DNA of 64,000 nucleotides, taken from contig OZ076409.1 of assembly GCA_964187785.1 (NCBI GenBank), forward strand, positions 78,618,001 through 78,682,000, in the 5' to 3' direction. Position numbers and translations under genes: made by a program. This stretch comes from Amphiscolops sp. MND2022 (lineage: Eukaryota). This document shows positions 37,552 through 50,203 of this stretch, in pieces. The notes beneath the pieces were generated by a model. It searched no databases. It had not been told where the DNA came from and saw only the letters and a program-made list of their open reading frames with translations. Every line of letters begins with the position of its first letter. Within the stretch, counting starts at the first letter, position 1.

Positions 37552-39297
37552 TGTCGCAGGCTGCCGCCTGTGACGGCACATTAATAACGACGTCAGCGGA
37601 AAACCAAGAATTTGTCCCAGGTACCCTACCCACGTTTTAAACTTTCCCTTACTGAAACTTATTTTACTAGTTAATCACATTCGTTTTGTTTATTCAAGTG
37701 CATTTTTATAATTGTTCGTGATATTAGTCTGTTAAAATTACGATTTGGAACTATCCAAATCAGGTTGTGTTTTGAGATTTGTAAAAGGAAGTTTGGTGTG
37801 TTGCAAATAGAGTGTTGAAATTAATCAAAGCGGTTACGTACAATAAGCAGGTTATTCGCGAGAAGGAAACGTGTTCAAGTAAGAAAACGTCCCTTCTCGG
37901 CGATGTAACTTTCAGTACGATTATTAGCCAATCAGAGCTTTCCTTTTGCTAATTATGAGTGCTTTACTTATGATGGCCGGATATGGCTAATTGACTAAGC
38001 GGTGCTAATTTATATCAGTCCCCCAGTCAAATGGACGGCTTCGGCCAGTTCGAGCATAATGATACCTTTGTTGCCTAATTGGATCAATACTTACGTGGAG
38101 TTATTAAAATCATGTTTTTAGTTTAAATAAATACGTTTGTGATGTTTTGGTGTTTGTATACTTTTAACTTGGATAAAGGGACAGTTAAGGCCTTTTACCA
38201 TGTCTTTCATATGCGCAGTACATGTTATGGATTTGGGCCTATTCCGGCCCTGATATGCGAGTGTATTTTCGTGAATATCGATGCAGTATTAGAATTCCAC
38301 ACATAGTAATGCATTTCGTTTTCAGCTTAATTTGCAGTAAACTTGTGCCGGCACGTGCCTTCATTTTACATTGCCATAAAATATGCAGGCTGTGGTATTT
38401 GTTTACATCACACCTGAAGTAGGCCTAACTGATAAATTGTTTGAAGTTGCTACTTAAAATGATGACTCTGAATACCATTCCTTAAATGTCCCCCGGAAAT
38501 ATGTAGTTGTCGGGGATTTTCCTATGATGATTGTGAAATCCTATGATTTGTCTTGATCAAAGTATGTAAAAAATGTGTGTCATCCTTCAGGGGTATAAAT
38601 ACCCATATCCCTGCAGGAGGACTCATACTTTGTACTTCTCTCCATTTGATAAAGACGTCCATAATACAAACGGTTTCACTGTTAATTTTCCGGAATTGAT
38701 AATTCAAGTCTTCAACCCGGTTCAGTCTTATGCCTACCACAAGAAAGCAAAAGAAAGCAAGGAAATCTAGAGGATTAGAAATTCTCTCTGACATTGAAAA
38801 CCTTGACATAATGTTAGGTGAAAATCACTTCAATGATACGAGGAGAGACGAAAGTCTCGATGGAACTTCCATTAGAAGGCAAGAAAGTATCATAAGTAAT
38901 AACTTGGAAAATGAGGAAATGGATCTCCATTCTGACCATAGAAATCTTGGGGTTGGGACTAGTACCGGGCACGACCGAAATTCAGCAAGTATAGATTCTC
39001 AAGCTGAGATCAATAAGTTGTCAAGTGAATTGAACTCTAGAATATCTAGAGAAATGTATGTAATGATGGACAGTGTTAGTTCTCAGATTCAGAGAGCCAT
39101 AAGTGACGCCATAAATAATCAGGTTTTGCCCCAGATTCAAAACGTCATTATGGCCGGTTCAGGACAGGAGACTAGAAGGGGATGGGAGAGATCTGACGAG
39201 AGACCGGAAAGTTATTCCGAAGTTCAGTGCAACGCGAAAACTAGAACTACCCTCAATAATGAACACGGTGATAAAACAAACCGTAACGTTCATGACA
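37552..39297 (+). repeat. 5' LTR of element B (1746 bp)
   Basis: Direct repeat of 57944-59691; preceded by TSD CTGTT and followed by the PBS. Confidence 0.95.
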
Positions 39298-40424
39298 TGG
39301 TGACAGGAGACAACGAATCTCCAAATCAAGTTCCTGAGTTTCTCACAGGACGAATCTCATCCAGAAATCACCTCGACAGGTCCTTTGAGGACATCAACCT
39401 CGACACGACGATCCCAGCACAAGAGAGAATCACTACGGCTGCTGACTCTGACCCCATCACTCGACTGGCAGACGTCTTGACTTCAATGCAGAATAGACCG
39501 ACAGCCCAACAACTTACCATACGCCCAGTCAACTCAAATACCATGACATTCGATGGCAAAAGCGAAAAATTCGAGCTGTTCGAAGACCTATTTCACTCTA
39601 TGATCAAGATGCAGCCAGAAATGACTGAGCAAATGAAGATCAACCACTTCCACTCTTTATTGAAGAAGAATGCTCTTCAGACATTCAGAAATATCAGCTC
39701 AAGCAACCGACAAACTCTAGAGGACGTATTAGTCATTTTTAGACGAAAATACGTCAAGCCCGTGTCACAGGCGACTGCCAAACATAAATGGCACCGTCTG
39801 GTCTTCGATCCCAATACGATGAAACTGCCTGATTTTCTCGAACAATTAAACCAGGGAGCCGAGAAGGCGTTTGGTGATCATGCGCAGAAAATGATTGACA
39901 GCTTGCTTTATGCAAAACTGCCACCAAAACTGAAGCGGTCCGTCAACATGGCCAGATTAGAAAATGGCTCCTACGATGAGATAGTTGCTCATTTGGAGAG
40001 AGAATTAGAGCTTAACGCCCTCGAGGAGTCAGATGACCTACCAATGGCCACAATGACCTCCTCGACTACAAAATCTAAAACTCCTCTGTCCACTGGGCAA
40101 ATGTCAGACATTACTTGCAATTACTGCAAGGAAAAGGGCCACATGGTCAAGGACTGCAAAAAACTGAAAAAGAAAAAAGAAAAAGATGCCCAACAAGGCA
40201 AGTCGACGCAGAAGAAAACATATCCGGAGTGTGGCACTTGTGGGAAAAAGAACAACCCGGAGGAGAGATGTTGGCAAGGTGCTGGTGCACATCTTAAACC
40301 CAAGCGCACTAGACCTGAGGACTCAACTGACAATAAGCCCAATCCCAAGGCTCAGAAACCTCAGACCAAACCGACATCATCGGGCTCCCAATCCTCATAT
40401 TCTAATGATGAGTCAAAAAACTAA
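38730..40424 (+). CDS. gag: Gag of element B, 564 aa; starts inside the 5' LTR
   Basis: CNYCKEKGHMVKDC and CGTCGKKNNPEERC knuckles; homologous to the A Gag. Confidence 0.93.
   Translation: MPTTRKQKKARKSRGLEILSDIENLDIMLGENHFNDTRRDESLDGTSIRRQESIISNNLENEEMDLHSDHRNLGVGTSTGHDRNSASIDSQAEINKLSSELNSRISREMYVMMDSVSSQIQRAISDAINNQVLPQIQNVIMAGSGQETRRGWERSDERPESYSEVQCNAKTRTTLNNEHGDKTNRNVHDMVTGDNESPNQVPEFLTGRISSRNHLDRSFEDINLDTTIPAQERITTAADSDPITRLADVLTSMQNRPTAQQLTIRPVNSNTMTFDGKSEKFELFEDLFHSMIKMQPEMTEQMKINHFHSLLKKNALQTFRNISSSNRQTLEDVLVIFRRKYVKPVSQATAKHKWHRLVFDPNTMKLPDFLEQLNQGAEKAFGDHAQKMIDSLLYAKLPPKLKRSVNMARLENGSYDEIVAHLERELELNALEESDDLPMATMTSSTTKSKTPLSTGQMSDITCNYCKEKGHMVKDCKKLKKKKEKDAQQGKSTQKKTYPECGTCGKKNNPEERCWQGAGAHLKPKRTRPEDSTDNKPNPKAQKPQTKPTSSGSQSSYSNDESKN
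39298..39309 (+). promoter_or_regulatory. Primer binding site of element B (TGGTGACAGGAG; tRNA identity uncertain, Leu-like)
   Basis: Immediately follows the LTR-terminal CA; absent after the 3' LTR. Confidence 0.85.
40415..40421 (+). promoter_or_regulatory. -1 ribosomal frameshift slippery heptamer A_AAA_AAC (gag-pol)
   Basis: Directly before the gag TAA; the -1 frame is open into pol; identical in element A (941-947). Confidence 0.85.
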
Positions 40425-43400
40425 CTTCGCCACGACTCCAATATAACGAATTAATATCTGTCCGACAGTACATCAGATCGGACCCTCCAACACAGACTTT
40501 CCACCAATACAATCAGCAATTGATGGGCTATCCCTCTGTTGTCTGGCAGCAGCAGATGGAAAAAGCCACCATCATCACTTACAATAACACCCATTTGTTC
40601 CAGAAACCAATTCCTGTTTGGGACCCTGATTACACCACCACCTTCACTACCCGGTTCAGGCCCATTCCCCTGATCGATGACTACAATCCAACATACATCG
40701 ATCCAGACTACAACAGAGATCCCTACTGGGACACCGAGCTTTACAACCAAGATTCACTACAATTTCAATATGTCCTGGACGATATTGAACACTATAATAG
40801 AACAGTCCACGAGAACCCTCCAATTACCCATAACAAGAAAACAAGAGCGCTAATTGAAAACTGGCAAATGAATGATGGCACAAACCATCCAGTGTTCCCA
40901 AACCCATTGGGGACCGAGACCCATGACAGCAATGCTGAACCCATACCACAATCATTGATAGACGAGAAACAGTTCCAAAATGTCTTAATCACTAGAGACG
41001 GTGAACCAGACTGTATACCCCTGTCAACCAACATCAACCTCAAATGCAAAAAACGCATGTTGTATTTCCCAATGGACTTTGGGGAATTGACCATTGACGG
41101 ACTCATTGACACTGGAGCGCTGTCCAGTGCAATTCCTGAAATGGACCTCCGGAAAATTCGACTTTTATCTCCACAATCCGTTATCCGGGAAGGTCCGCCT
41201 CCGAATTTCCAAATCATGGTCGCTAATGGGCAACTGGAAACTCCCAAGAGTACCATAGAGCTCAAATTTGAAGTTGGTGACATTGAATTCCACGAAATTT
41301 TCATAGTAATGGAACACTTGACTGGACCGATTATTGGACTGTTGTTCCTTCAGCGAAACCATACAGTTCTGGATATGCGACAAAGGATACTGAATTTCCC
41401 GTTCTTTTCGATGCAGCTCAAAACGGCTGACCATAAGTATTCAAATGTATTGGAACCAATTCTCAACCCTATTGAGATAACTATTCCACCAAACGATAAA
41501 GTCCTAATTAGGACCAATTCCCTACTCTACCCCGAGAATGCTGTCACTGGAATTTTGCAACCGAGCGACCTTCTACACGAAGAAGGCGACATCACATTTT
41601 GCCCAGCTTTGGTCACTCTGAATGACGGCAATATATTGATATCAGTGAACAATTTCACAGACCACCCTTATAAACTCAAAAAGGGACACCATATTGCCAA
41701 TTTCTCTGTCATGACACCAGAACAGATGAAGTATGTCAAACCGGTAGATCCGGCATCAACCTGGCACCTGTTGCAGAATGACCAGGAGCAAGCAGCCCAT
41801 TACGTCAGCAGTCTCATCAAGTCCAATAGAAATCCGCAAAACTCTGAAAATTATTGGTTCCCAACTCCAGAAAATCCTGGAAATCCTGAGGAACACACAC
41901 CTATACAAAAACGAATCCTACGCGAGTTACAGGCCCTACAGGACTTGGAGACACTCGACCCCACTACAGATGCAGAATCGCGTGCAAAATTCTTAGAAAA
42001 CTTTGACTGGAAAGATTCCACCCTTACTCCTGAAGACAAGGAGAAAATTGAGGAATTGTTAGTGGAATTCCATGACGTCTTTGCACGACACCGATTTGAT
42101 ATAGGCATGAACGAGGAATTCAAAGTGAAACTGACGCCTAAAGACGATTCCCCAGCCTATAGTCAAAGCCTTCCAGCTCCTATCAACTTGAAGGAGGACA
42201 TCCTAGTTGAATTAGCCGTGTTACACAAATATGGTATAATAACCACACTGACATTCTCGAAATATGCAAGTCCAATATTCGCACAAAAGAAGCCGAATGG
42301 GAAACTCCGACTCTTGGTTGACTTGAGAAAAATCAACAACCTCATATCGGATGATTATATCAACAATAATCACCCCGTCAGTACACTAGTTGATGCGCCC
42401 AACACTTGGCAGGCAAAAAACTGTTCTGTAAATTAGACTGTTCGCAGGCATACCACTGCCTACCAATGGCCGACCAACGCTCAATCGAAATGTTGGCTTT
42501 CAATTTTGCCAGTCGCACATTCGCTTACAGACGTTTGGCACAAGGCCTTAGTCGGTCACTATCCGCATTCTCGAGTTTCATGAGAGAATACCTTGACAAA
42601 GTCATTAAAGCGGATCAGTGTGCCCAGTATGTGGACGATATCGGCATTGCAGCCAATGATGTTGACCACCTCATGACGAACCTGAGAGCTACGTTCAAAT
42701 GCATTCAGGAAGCAGGCCTTAAGTTAACAATGCACAAATGTCACTTCGGTGCAAAAGAAATTGATTTTCTCGGACGAACAATTACCCCACAAGGCGTCAA
42801 ACCCCAGAAACAGAACGTGCAAAACTTTCTGGAAAAGACCAAATTCCCGAAGTCGAAAAAGGCTTTACAACGTTATTTGGGATTCCTAAACTACTACAGG
42901 AATTATGTCCCAAGACTCTCCGAACGCCTTGCTCCATTCTACAAGATGCTCAAAAGTGACGAAAAGGTCCTAGTATCGAAAGAATTAGTCCAACAATTCG
43001 AACAAATCAATAAAGCAATAGACAAATGTTGCGACTTGGCCCTACAGCAACCCATTCCAAACAAGCAAATAGCACTAATGACTGATGCAAGCTTTGGTGC
43101 AGCCGGGTACGCGGTCCTAATCGAAGACGACCCAAGCCAGAAATTTACGTCGCTCAGAAAATCGTATGCACCAGTCGCATATGGATCAAAAACTTTCACC
43201 CCAGCACAGATCAAAATGTCAATTTATGCCAAGGAATTCCTTGCAATCTATTTTGCATTCAAAGAATTCGGACATATCTTCTGGGGTGCGCCGAAACCGG
43301 TCATCATCCTTACAGACAACAAAGCTGTCACGAGATTTTTTCAAACAAAAATAATACCCCCAGCCCTGTGGAACGCGTGTGATTATGTCATTCAGTTCAA

Positions 43401-45625
43401 TTTTGTCATAGCACACATCCCAGGGGTACAAAATACAGCTGCCGACTATTTGTCCCGACTGGAAGCAGACCCGAAGGACAAATTGGTGATGAAAATTCGC
43501 GAAGATGTACAAACACTACCAATCGAAATCAATGTCCAATCCGCAGGGGTGTCACAAGAAGAACAAATCTACTACACCAATGACGACGATGAGACATAAG
43601 AACAGTTGTGGGCAAGAAAAGAAGCAATCAGGATAAATCCAGCAACTGATGAGCCCACTGTTACTATACAAACTCTGTCAACAAATCTGGTCAAGCAACA
43701 CCCCGATATACAGGTCCGGTTGAAGAGAACGAACCAGATCATTATCGAGCAATCCAAAGATGCGGTACTACAACAATTGAAAGCAAAACTGCTTCATGAA
43801 GAGTATTCAGAAACTACTGCACCAGGATGCCCGATATAGACATTACGCAAACAATCTGGAACGAATTGTACTAAAGGACGAAATCCTGACAAAACAATAT
43901 TTCGATGAAACAGGGAATGTTAAATACCATCAAATTTTACTCCCGCAACATTTACTTCAGGAACTGCTTAAGTCTCTCCACGGGACAGCACATAAACATC
44001 CTGGGATTTCAAAAATGTTACAGGAAATCCGACAGGGGTATTACTACCCTAGCATGGCTAAACACGTCAAAAAGTGGGTAGAAGGGTGCGAACAATGTGC
44101 CAGAGACAAAAGAGTCCCTAACGCAACGATCACACCTGAGCTGCTCAACTTGCCCGAATGGGACCTTGGACCTGAAGACGCCATGCAAATCGACCTATTG
44201 CCGCATCTTCCCCCAAGTGGAGGGTATGAAAATGTCCTAACAGCAATAGACGTATTTTCCAGATATTTGTTCGCATATCCCCTTACGGACGCATCAGCGA
44301 TCAATGTAGCAAAAGCGCTCATTGACATTATGACTAAACACTCATATCTACCAACGACTCTTATCACTGATAAAGGTACTGCATTTACTTCTACAATTAT
44401 CGCGGAGGTTACGCAGATTTTGGGCATCATACTCAAATGTGCAACGACGAAACACCCGCAGACAATTGGGAAATTGGAGCGAACTCATGCCTCATTGAAA
44501 ACAAATCTCAAGATGGCATGTGGAGAATATCGCCGACAATGGCACAAATACTTGCCATTAGCAGTACTGAATCATAATACTAGTTATCACGCCAGCATCG
44601 GTTGTGAGCCAACGAGAGTATTCCACGGAAGAATTCCATTTAATATTTTGGATCACAAGCTTGGAAATAATTCAAACCAGCAGATTAACCCCACAACCGA
44701 ATTTGCTGAAGAAATCCAAAACCGGACAAAAATCCTGATTGACAAAACGAAACAGAACATTATGCAGTCGTATATTAAGTACAAAGAATATTACGACCGC
44801 AAAGCAAAAGCCGCTCCACTAAAGGAGAACGAATACTGTTTTGTCTTACAGCCGAAAGCGGATAATCAAGGATCAAAAATTCCATTCCGCGATTACCGTT
44901 GGGTGGGACCATTTGTAGTCCAAAAAGTTTTGCCAAATGAAAACTATATAGTACGACGGATCAATACGAACAAAACTCAAATTTTGCATCGCATTCGTCT
45001 TAAGAAGTTTGTCCCCAATCAACCGCTTGAGGATAATTTCCGAGAACAACAGTTGCAGCCAGATGAAGAAATTGCCATTCCGCAAGATGATTTATACGTC
45101 ATAACGTGGGAAACCGACTTTGGCGAGCAACTAGTTACACGAGGCAACGAGACTATTCCGACCAGCATGCCGAATGGCGAACAGCCGAATGCGCCAGAAG
45201 CGAATACAAATGACGTAGCCGAGAACGAAGCGGATTACATAATCACGAGTGACGAAACAAGTTACGCTGACCACGCGGCGCGGAGCCGGAATAAAAGATT
45301 AAATCATGACGTCACAAAAAAGAATGAAGCTAGTGAAGCGGCTAGCAATGACAAATCTGATTGGCCGAATCCGGCCGTTTCCCCAAAAAATCAAGAAAAA
45401 ACTTTGCCGAATACGGATGAAAGACCAAAAAATGATGAAATTCCCTCAGAAAGAAATTTGACGAATGAAAACGACGCACAAAATTCTCCAAAAAGGGGGG
45501 ATGATATTATCGTGCCCGAAATATCTGAAAGCGATGCTAGAAATGAGAGTCTGAGCCCTAGAGGAGGGAAACATAATCTCAGACCTAACCCCAACCCAAA
45601 CTACTCAGAAGACTACAGATACTAG
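40421..45625 (+). pseudogene. pol: Pol of element B: protease, dUTPase-like spacer, RT, RNase H and integrase (frameshifts near 42395 and 43810, stop at 43597)
   Basis: GLIDTGA, LRLLVDLRKIN, QYVDDIGI, MTDAS, AADYLSR, LHGTAHKHPG..CEQC, TDKG, LERTH. Confidence 0.94.
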
Positions 45626-48600
45626 AGAAAATTAAATTCGGTTCAGGAATTAGCCCTGAACTGTTCTGCTTTTCCTCTTTTATTTTCTTTTGTATCAGTC
45701 CCATACAGCAGTATCTTTTGAATAAATAATGGGACGTATGAAAGATCCCTCACAAAGGAAATAACCCGGGATCAAGAAATCAAAAGAAGGAAATGTATAT
45801 AAATAAGGCAACAAATGAAACAGAAAATGAACAAAGTTTACAGTCTTGGTGTACACATATACATATGTACAATTAGTCTTTAGTAACGCTAGACTGAGGA
45901 GATACAGTAGCAGAAGAAGCAGAGGACCGAGACGCCCTACGTTCCATCTTCCTTCGTTTCTTACTACTAGGGGCCTTTACAGCAGGATCATCAGCGACAG
46001 AACCAGCATCCCCGGAGTCAATTTGGACAGAGATTCTCTCTGGAGTAGATGACGCAATGCGGCAGGAAGCCAACAAGGACTTGTAAATTTTTGAGCGCCC
46101 AAAGGTGTCAACATATGTCCAGGGGTCATATTCTTCAGCAAAAGCGGAACGTCCAAAGGAAGAAGATAGAAGGGAAAAGCTAGCCAAGTTGTCATCATTA
46201 CTACAGAAAGGCACGGAATCACGGACATTGGCAAGATAACTTTGGCAAGGGAGAATGACATCGGTGAAGCGATTCTGACGACCCGCAGTGGTAACTGTGC
46301 CAAACGTAACGTCAGGAAGTGCTAAACTCACAGAGGTTGCACATAGACAGCACAGCTTGAATAAGTGGAACAAGTGCGCCCGGTCCTGCAAGAACTCAAG
46401 TCCAACCAGGAACTCTATCAGATCTGAGGAGGTACTAGTCAGATCGAAATTGGGGCCATAACTAGTCCGTAAGTGGTCCAGTAGCTGCATGTACTGGTCC
46501 CGGCACAGAGACTCATTGGCACTTGGGACCCAAGAACGGAGGGCAAAGGTGTTATACAGCATGTCAAAATGCTTCAGAGCAACGTCCATCGGCCTTTTAA
46601 ACATGATGAATGGGTCGAAAGCAGCCAACCCCTTTGCTATGTTGCTTGTCGTCCCAACTCGTTTGAGGACCTCATTGATGAGGAACTGCACATACTGCTG
46701 GCTGTCCTTGACGAAGGCTGTTTTTACCGTCCCTGCGGTGGCCTGTATGGCTGGACGCTCAGACTTCTTTCCAAAGTGGATGCCCCCTGCTCGAGCCCTG
46801 CTAGCTGTCCCTACGCGATTAGACAATTTGAGCCTGACCAGGTAATCATCTTCAGCCAGGAATGTCCCTTCACTGGTCTGGAATCGGAGGAGCAAGAACC
46901 AGGCACTCTCTAAGGGAACTGTATCTGGAGTGTAGACCCGGGAACAGAGCAGGCTGACGAATCGACTGACTTCCCCACAGAGATAGAATGAGGCGTCACG
47001 CCTATACTGCAGATTCACAGCGAAACTAGTGACATCTAGAAACACAAAATAATGCCCAAATACGAAATGTAACCTTACACAACCTCCCCGTCGAAATATA
47101 CTCACAGTCACTGACGAGCTTGCGGAAGAATTCCAGTTTGACGACAAAGAATTCGTCACAAATCAAGGACCATTCGAAGCTCTGCACCTGGAATGAAAGA
47201 TCACCCTTACTACGGCGCATAAAGTCTGAAGGACAAACAAGGACTAGGGAAACCCCTTATGAATAAGCCTGTCTAACTGGAATAATACGTATGAATCAAC
47301 AGAAAGCTAACCCTGTTGCGAGATCCTTGGCCTTCCTGCAGGGGAGCGTGTGCCGTCAGATAGCGTAGCACTGACTTCCACTCATCTAACAATGCATGGC
47401 AAAGAGTGGGCAAGGTCTTGACCTCGAGCTGACAAGTGGTGATAGCCTGTAAACCCACATGGCCAGATGAACTTTGAATATTAGATCCTGAGACTCGCTA
47501 CCCCCATCTCTTTCACCAATTAGAACCACAAAAGAAAGGAAATGTGCCATTGGATTACTTACCCTAATGAGTTCCGGATGACGCATCACCCAATCTTCGA
47601 CAAGGGAACCACCCAGACTGACCATCAGGGCTTGCAACACCGAGAAGAAGTCTATGTGCCCAAACACGGAGTAGCTCGTCTTATGCATGAGTCTTGCCAG
47701 CGAAAGGTGCTCAAAACGGAAACAACTCTGGACTCCTTGGGTGAAGTACTCTGACTGGTCGATCGTTTTGGCGAATTCAACTGGGCACCCTGAGCATGCG
47801 ACCATATCGGGCCGTGTGGAAACTGCTGACAGGAATCGAGCTAGTGACCCCAGTTCCCCAGTCACATCAGTCGCGGGAAGAGAACTTCGGCAGACGTAGA
47901 CCCTACAGAGCTCTAGCTGCTTCCAGTATTTGACTGACATGCATTGGTTGGAACCAATCGTCTGGAATTCGACTGAGAAGCACTGTTGAGTGGACACTTG
48001 CTCAGCGATGTCGTGTAGTGCACAGATGAAGAAGTGCTGGAATATGACCTGAAACGGAACCTAAACCTCAGTACAGGGTAAAGTTCGGAAGAAACATTGA
48101 GGCTTAAAAGACACTACTTACAGTGAGGCGTTCTTCCCCCCAATCGAAATCAGTCACTGTGGCTTGATGGTTGGTGAATGACCCCATCCGTGACCATAAG
48201 TTTCTCAATACCATCATGTCTCCTTGGGTTTTCGCAAAGTCTCCCACGAGACAGAGTTGAGTTTTGGCTCTGGATTCTGCTGTGACCAGTGCTGTGGTGG
48301 AGCCCTTGATGTAGTCATCATAAAAGGGGAACCGTTCCCCGATGTCCACCAGTTCTTCATTGATGAAATGAGGGAGTGCCTTTGCCAGCTCCATTTTACT
48401 CAAGATCTTCCCATTGGCTCCTCGGACTCTATGTTGCACCTTACCCGTGACAGGATCCGTGCTTCGCAGTGCTCATACCGCCAACGCTGGTCGCGGCGTA
48501 AATGCCGTTGGGTGCGATGATGTCTAAGGATTTCATACGGGCCTTTCGATCTGATAGAAAAGTTCTTTTTACAAATGTGGCACCAGACCATCAAAGGATT

Positions 48601-48911
48601 GTGGACAGGATCGGCAGGTCCTGAGATGAAAGATCTGGTCCAACCTATTTTTTTGAAGAACTCCTCTTTCATGGGGACTCCCCGTCGTGAGGGCCTCCGG
48701 TCATTTTTCCGTTTTTTGGGCCTGGAGGTGGTCCGTGCCGTGGTCCGAGTTTGCTCCCTCAACTCCTGTAGGGTGGTGTCTTGACTGCTGAACTCTGATG
48801 TGTCCGGCTCATTCTGTTGCTGACCAGAAGAAGGTTGGGCTTCGGTTGAAACTTGCAGTGGGGCGGCAGGGTTTTTGAAGGACCGAGTTATTAGGTCCAT
48901 CTCTGTGGCAC

Positions 48912-49830
48912 TGTAACGGCTGCTTGCCCTTATCCTGCGCTGAGGCTTGACAAGCTTTACGCCGCCCTGATCCGTTGCTTAGTGCTGTGGACCGTCACTA
49001 AACAATTCCTGGTTTCTTATTTTAAAGGACTGTATCTTTTGACTGGTGGGTCCGATGTGACCCGTGGAATCTCCTGCGATTCCTCTGTTCACTGAATTGG
49101 ATCCGATGTGATCCTGCACACACTTCCCTCACTGTATCTTCACGCGCTCCGGCTCTCCAACTATGAGAGTAGCTACTTAGTCGCTCTAACTCTAGCGAAA
49201 AGTTGTGAAGATTGAGAAGTTGATTATTAAGTCTTGCGGTCCTGAGACCCAACTTGACTATAGCTATTCAGTGGAGAAAATCTCTATCTAATAATAGTAT
49301 ACATATCGTTTACAATTCTACAGTAAATATAAGCAAATATCAGTTAAAATATGTTGTATAAATAAATGACATTTAAGTGAATTATTAAAGTTATTGGCTA
49401 TGTAAACAAAGCACATGGTGGTTTTGGCATGTTGGTTAGGTGGGTTAGAAAGTATGTTTACACTATGTAAACATTATCAATTCAACAGAGTTACATTCTA
49501 ATGTGGTCATATAGGTAAATAACAAAGTTTACATTTTTGGTTCAATGACCTTGAATACTACACATGTGAGGGGTAAAGGGGGTTATAATGGGGGAATGAA
49601 CTTGAAACTTAGCCGGTGTGTTCGTGTTAGGTATCTGCGTATGTGTGCCAAGTTTCAAGTCTCTACGGTTATTAGTTGCAGAGAAAACCCTGACTGGGGG
49701 GGTTTTTCGATTTTGTGACGATTGACTTCTCTTCAAATTTTCATCTAAGTTTTTAGGAGTTTAAGTTCTCGTATCTCAACCAACATGTTCTGAATCGAGT
49801 TTCTCTGCCTTCTGATGACTGGCGCCAACA
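48912..49830 (-). repeat. 3' LTR of element C
   Basis: Direct repeat of 54062-54980. Confidence 0.95.
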
Positions 49831-50203
49831 TTGCCGGCCCTGTTTTTCTCCTGAAAAACACTTTCGTAGAACATGGGTGCCAGTTTCACTACTGGTCTTT
49901 TGAGTTTGTCATCGATTGTCGTTGTCGTTTTGAGATCTCCAGGTTCATTGTCATGTTTGACGGTTAATTACCCTGTTCTTTTTCTGCTGCAACAAAATCC
50001 CAAACCATATTCCTGTTCGCTGACCATAAGGTAGTTTTCGGCAAGTTCACATAACACATCCAAATATTTCCAAAAACAGTTTTGCTCATTTGAAGGCGTG
50101 GTTTTCCCAATTATTACAAACTTCATCGTCAATGTCTGACATTCTTCGTGTTCAATCAATTGCTTTCTTTTAGAACCTTTAAAAGGTATGATACAACCAT
50201 GCT

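Noticed and set aside
45873..47159. Stand-alone 428-aa ORF starting at 47159
   Set aside because: Its first ~41 codons overlap an intron and an exon in another frame; the remainder is the last exon of the spliced antisense gene
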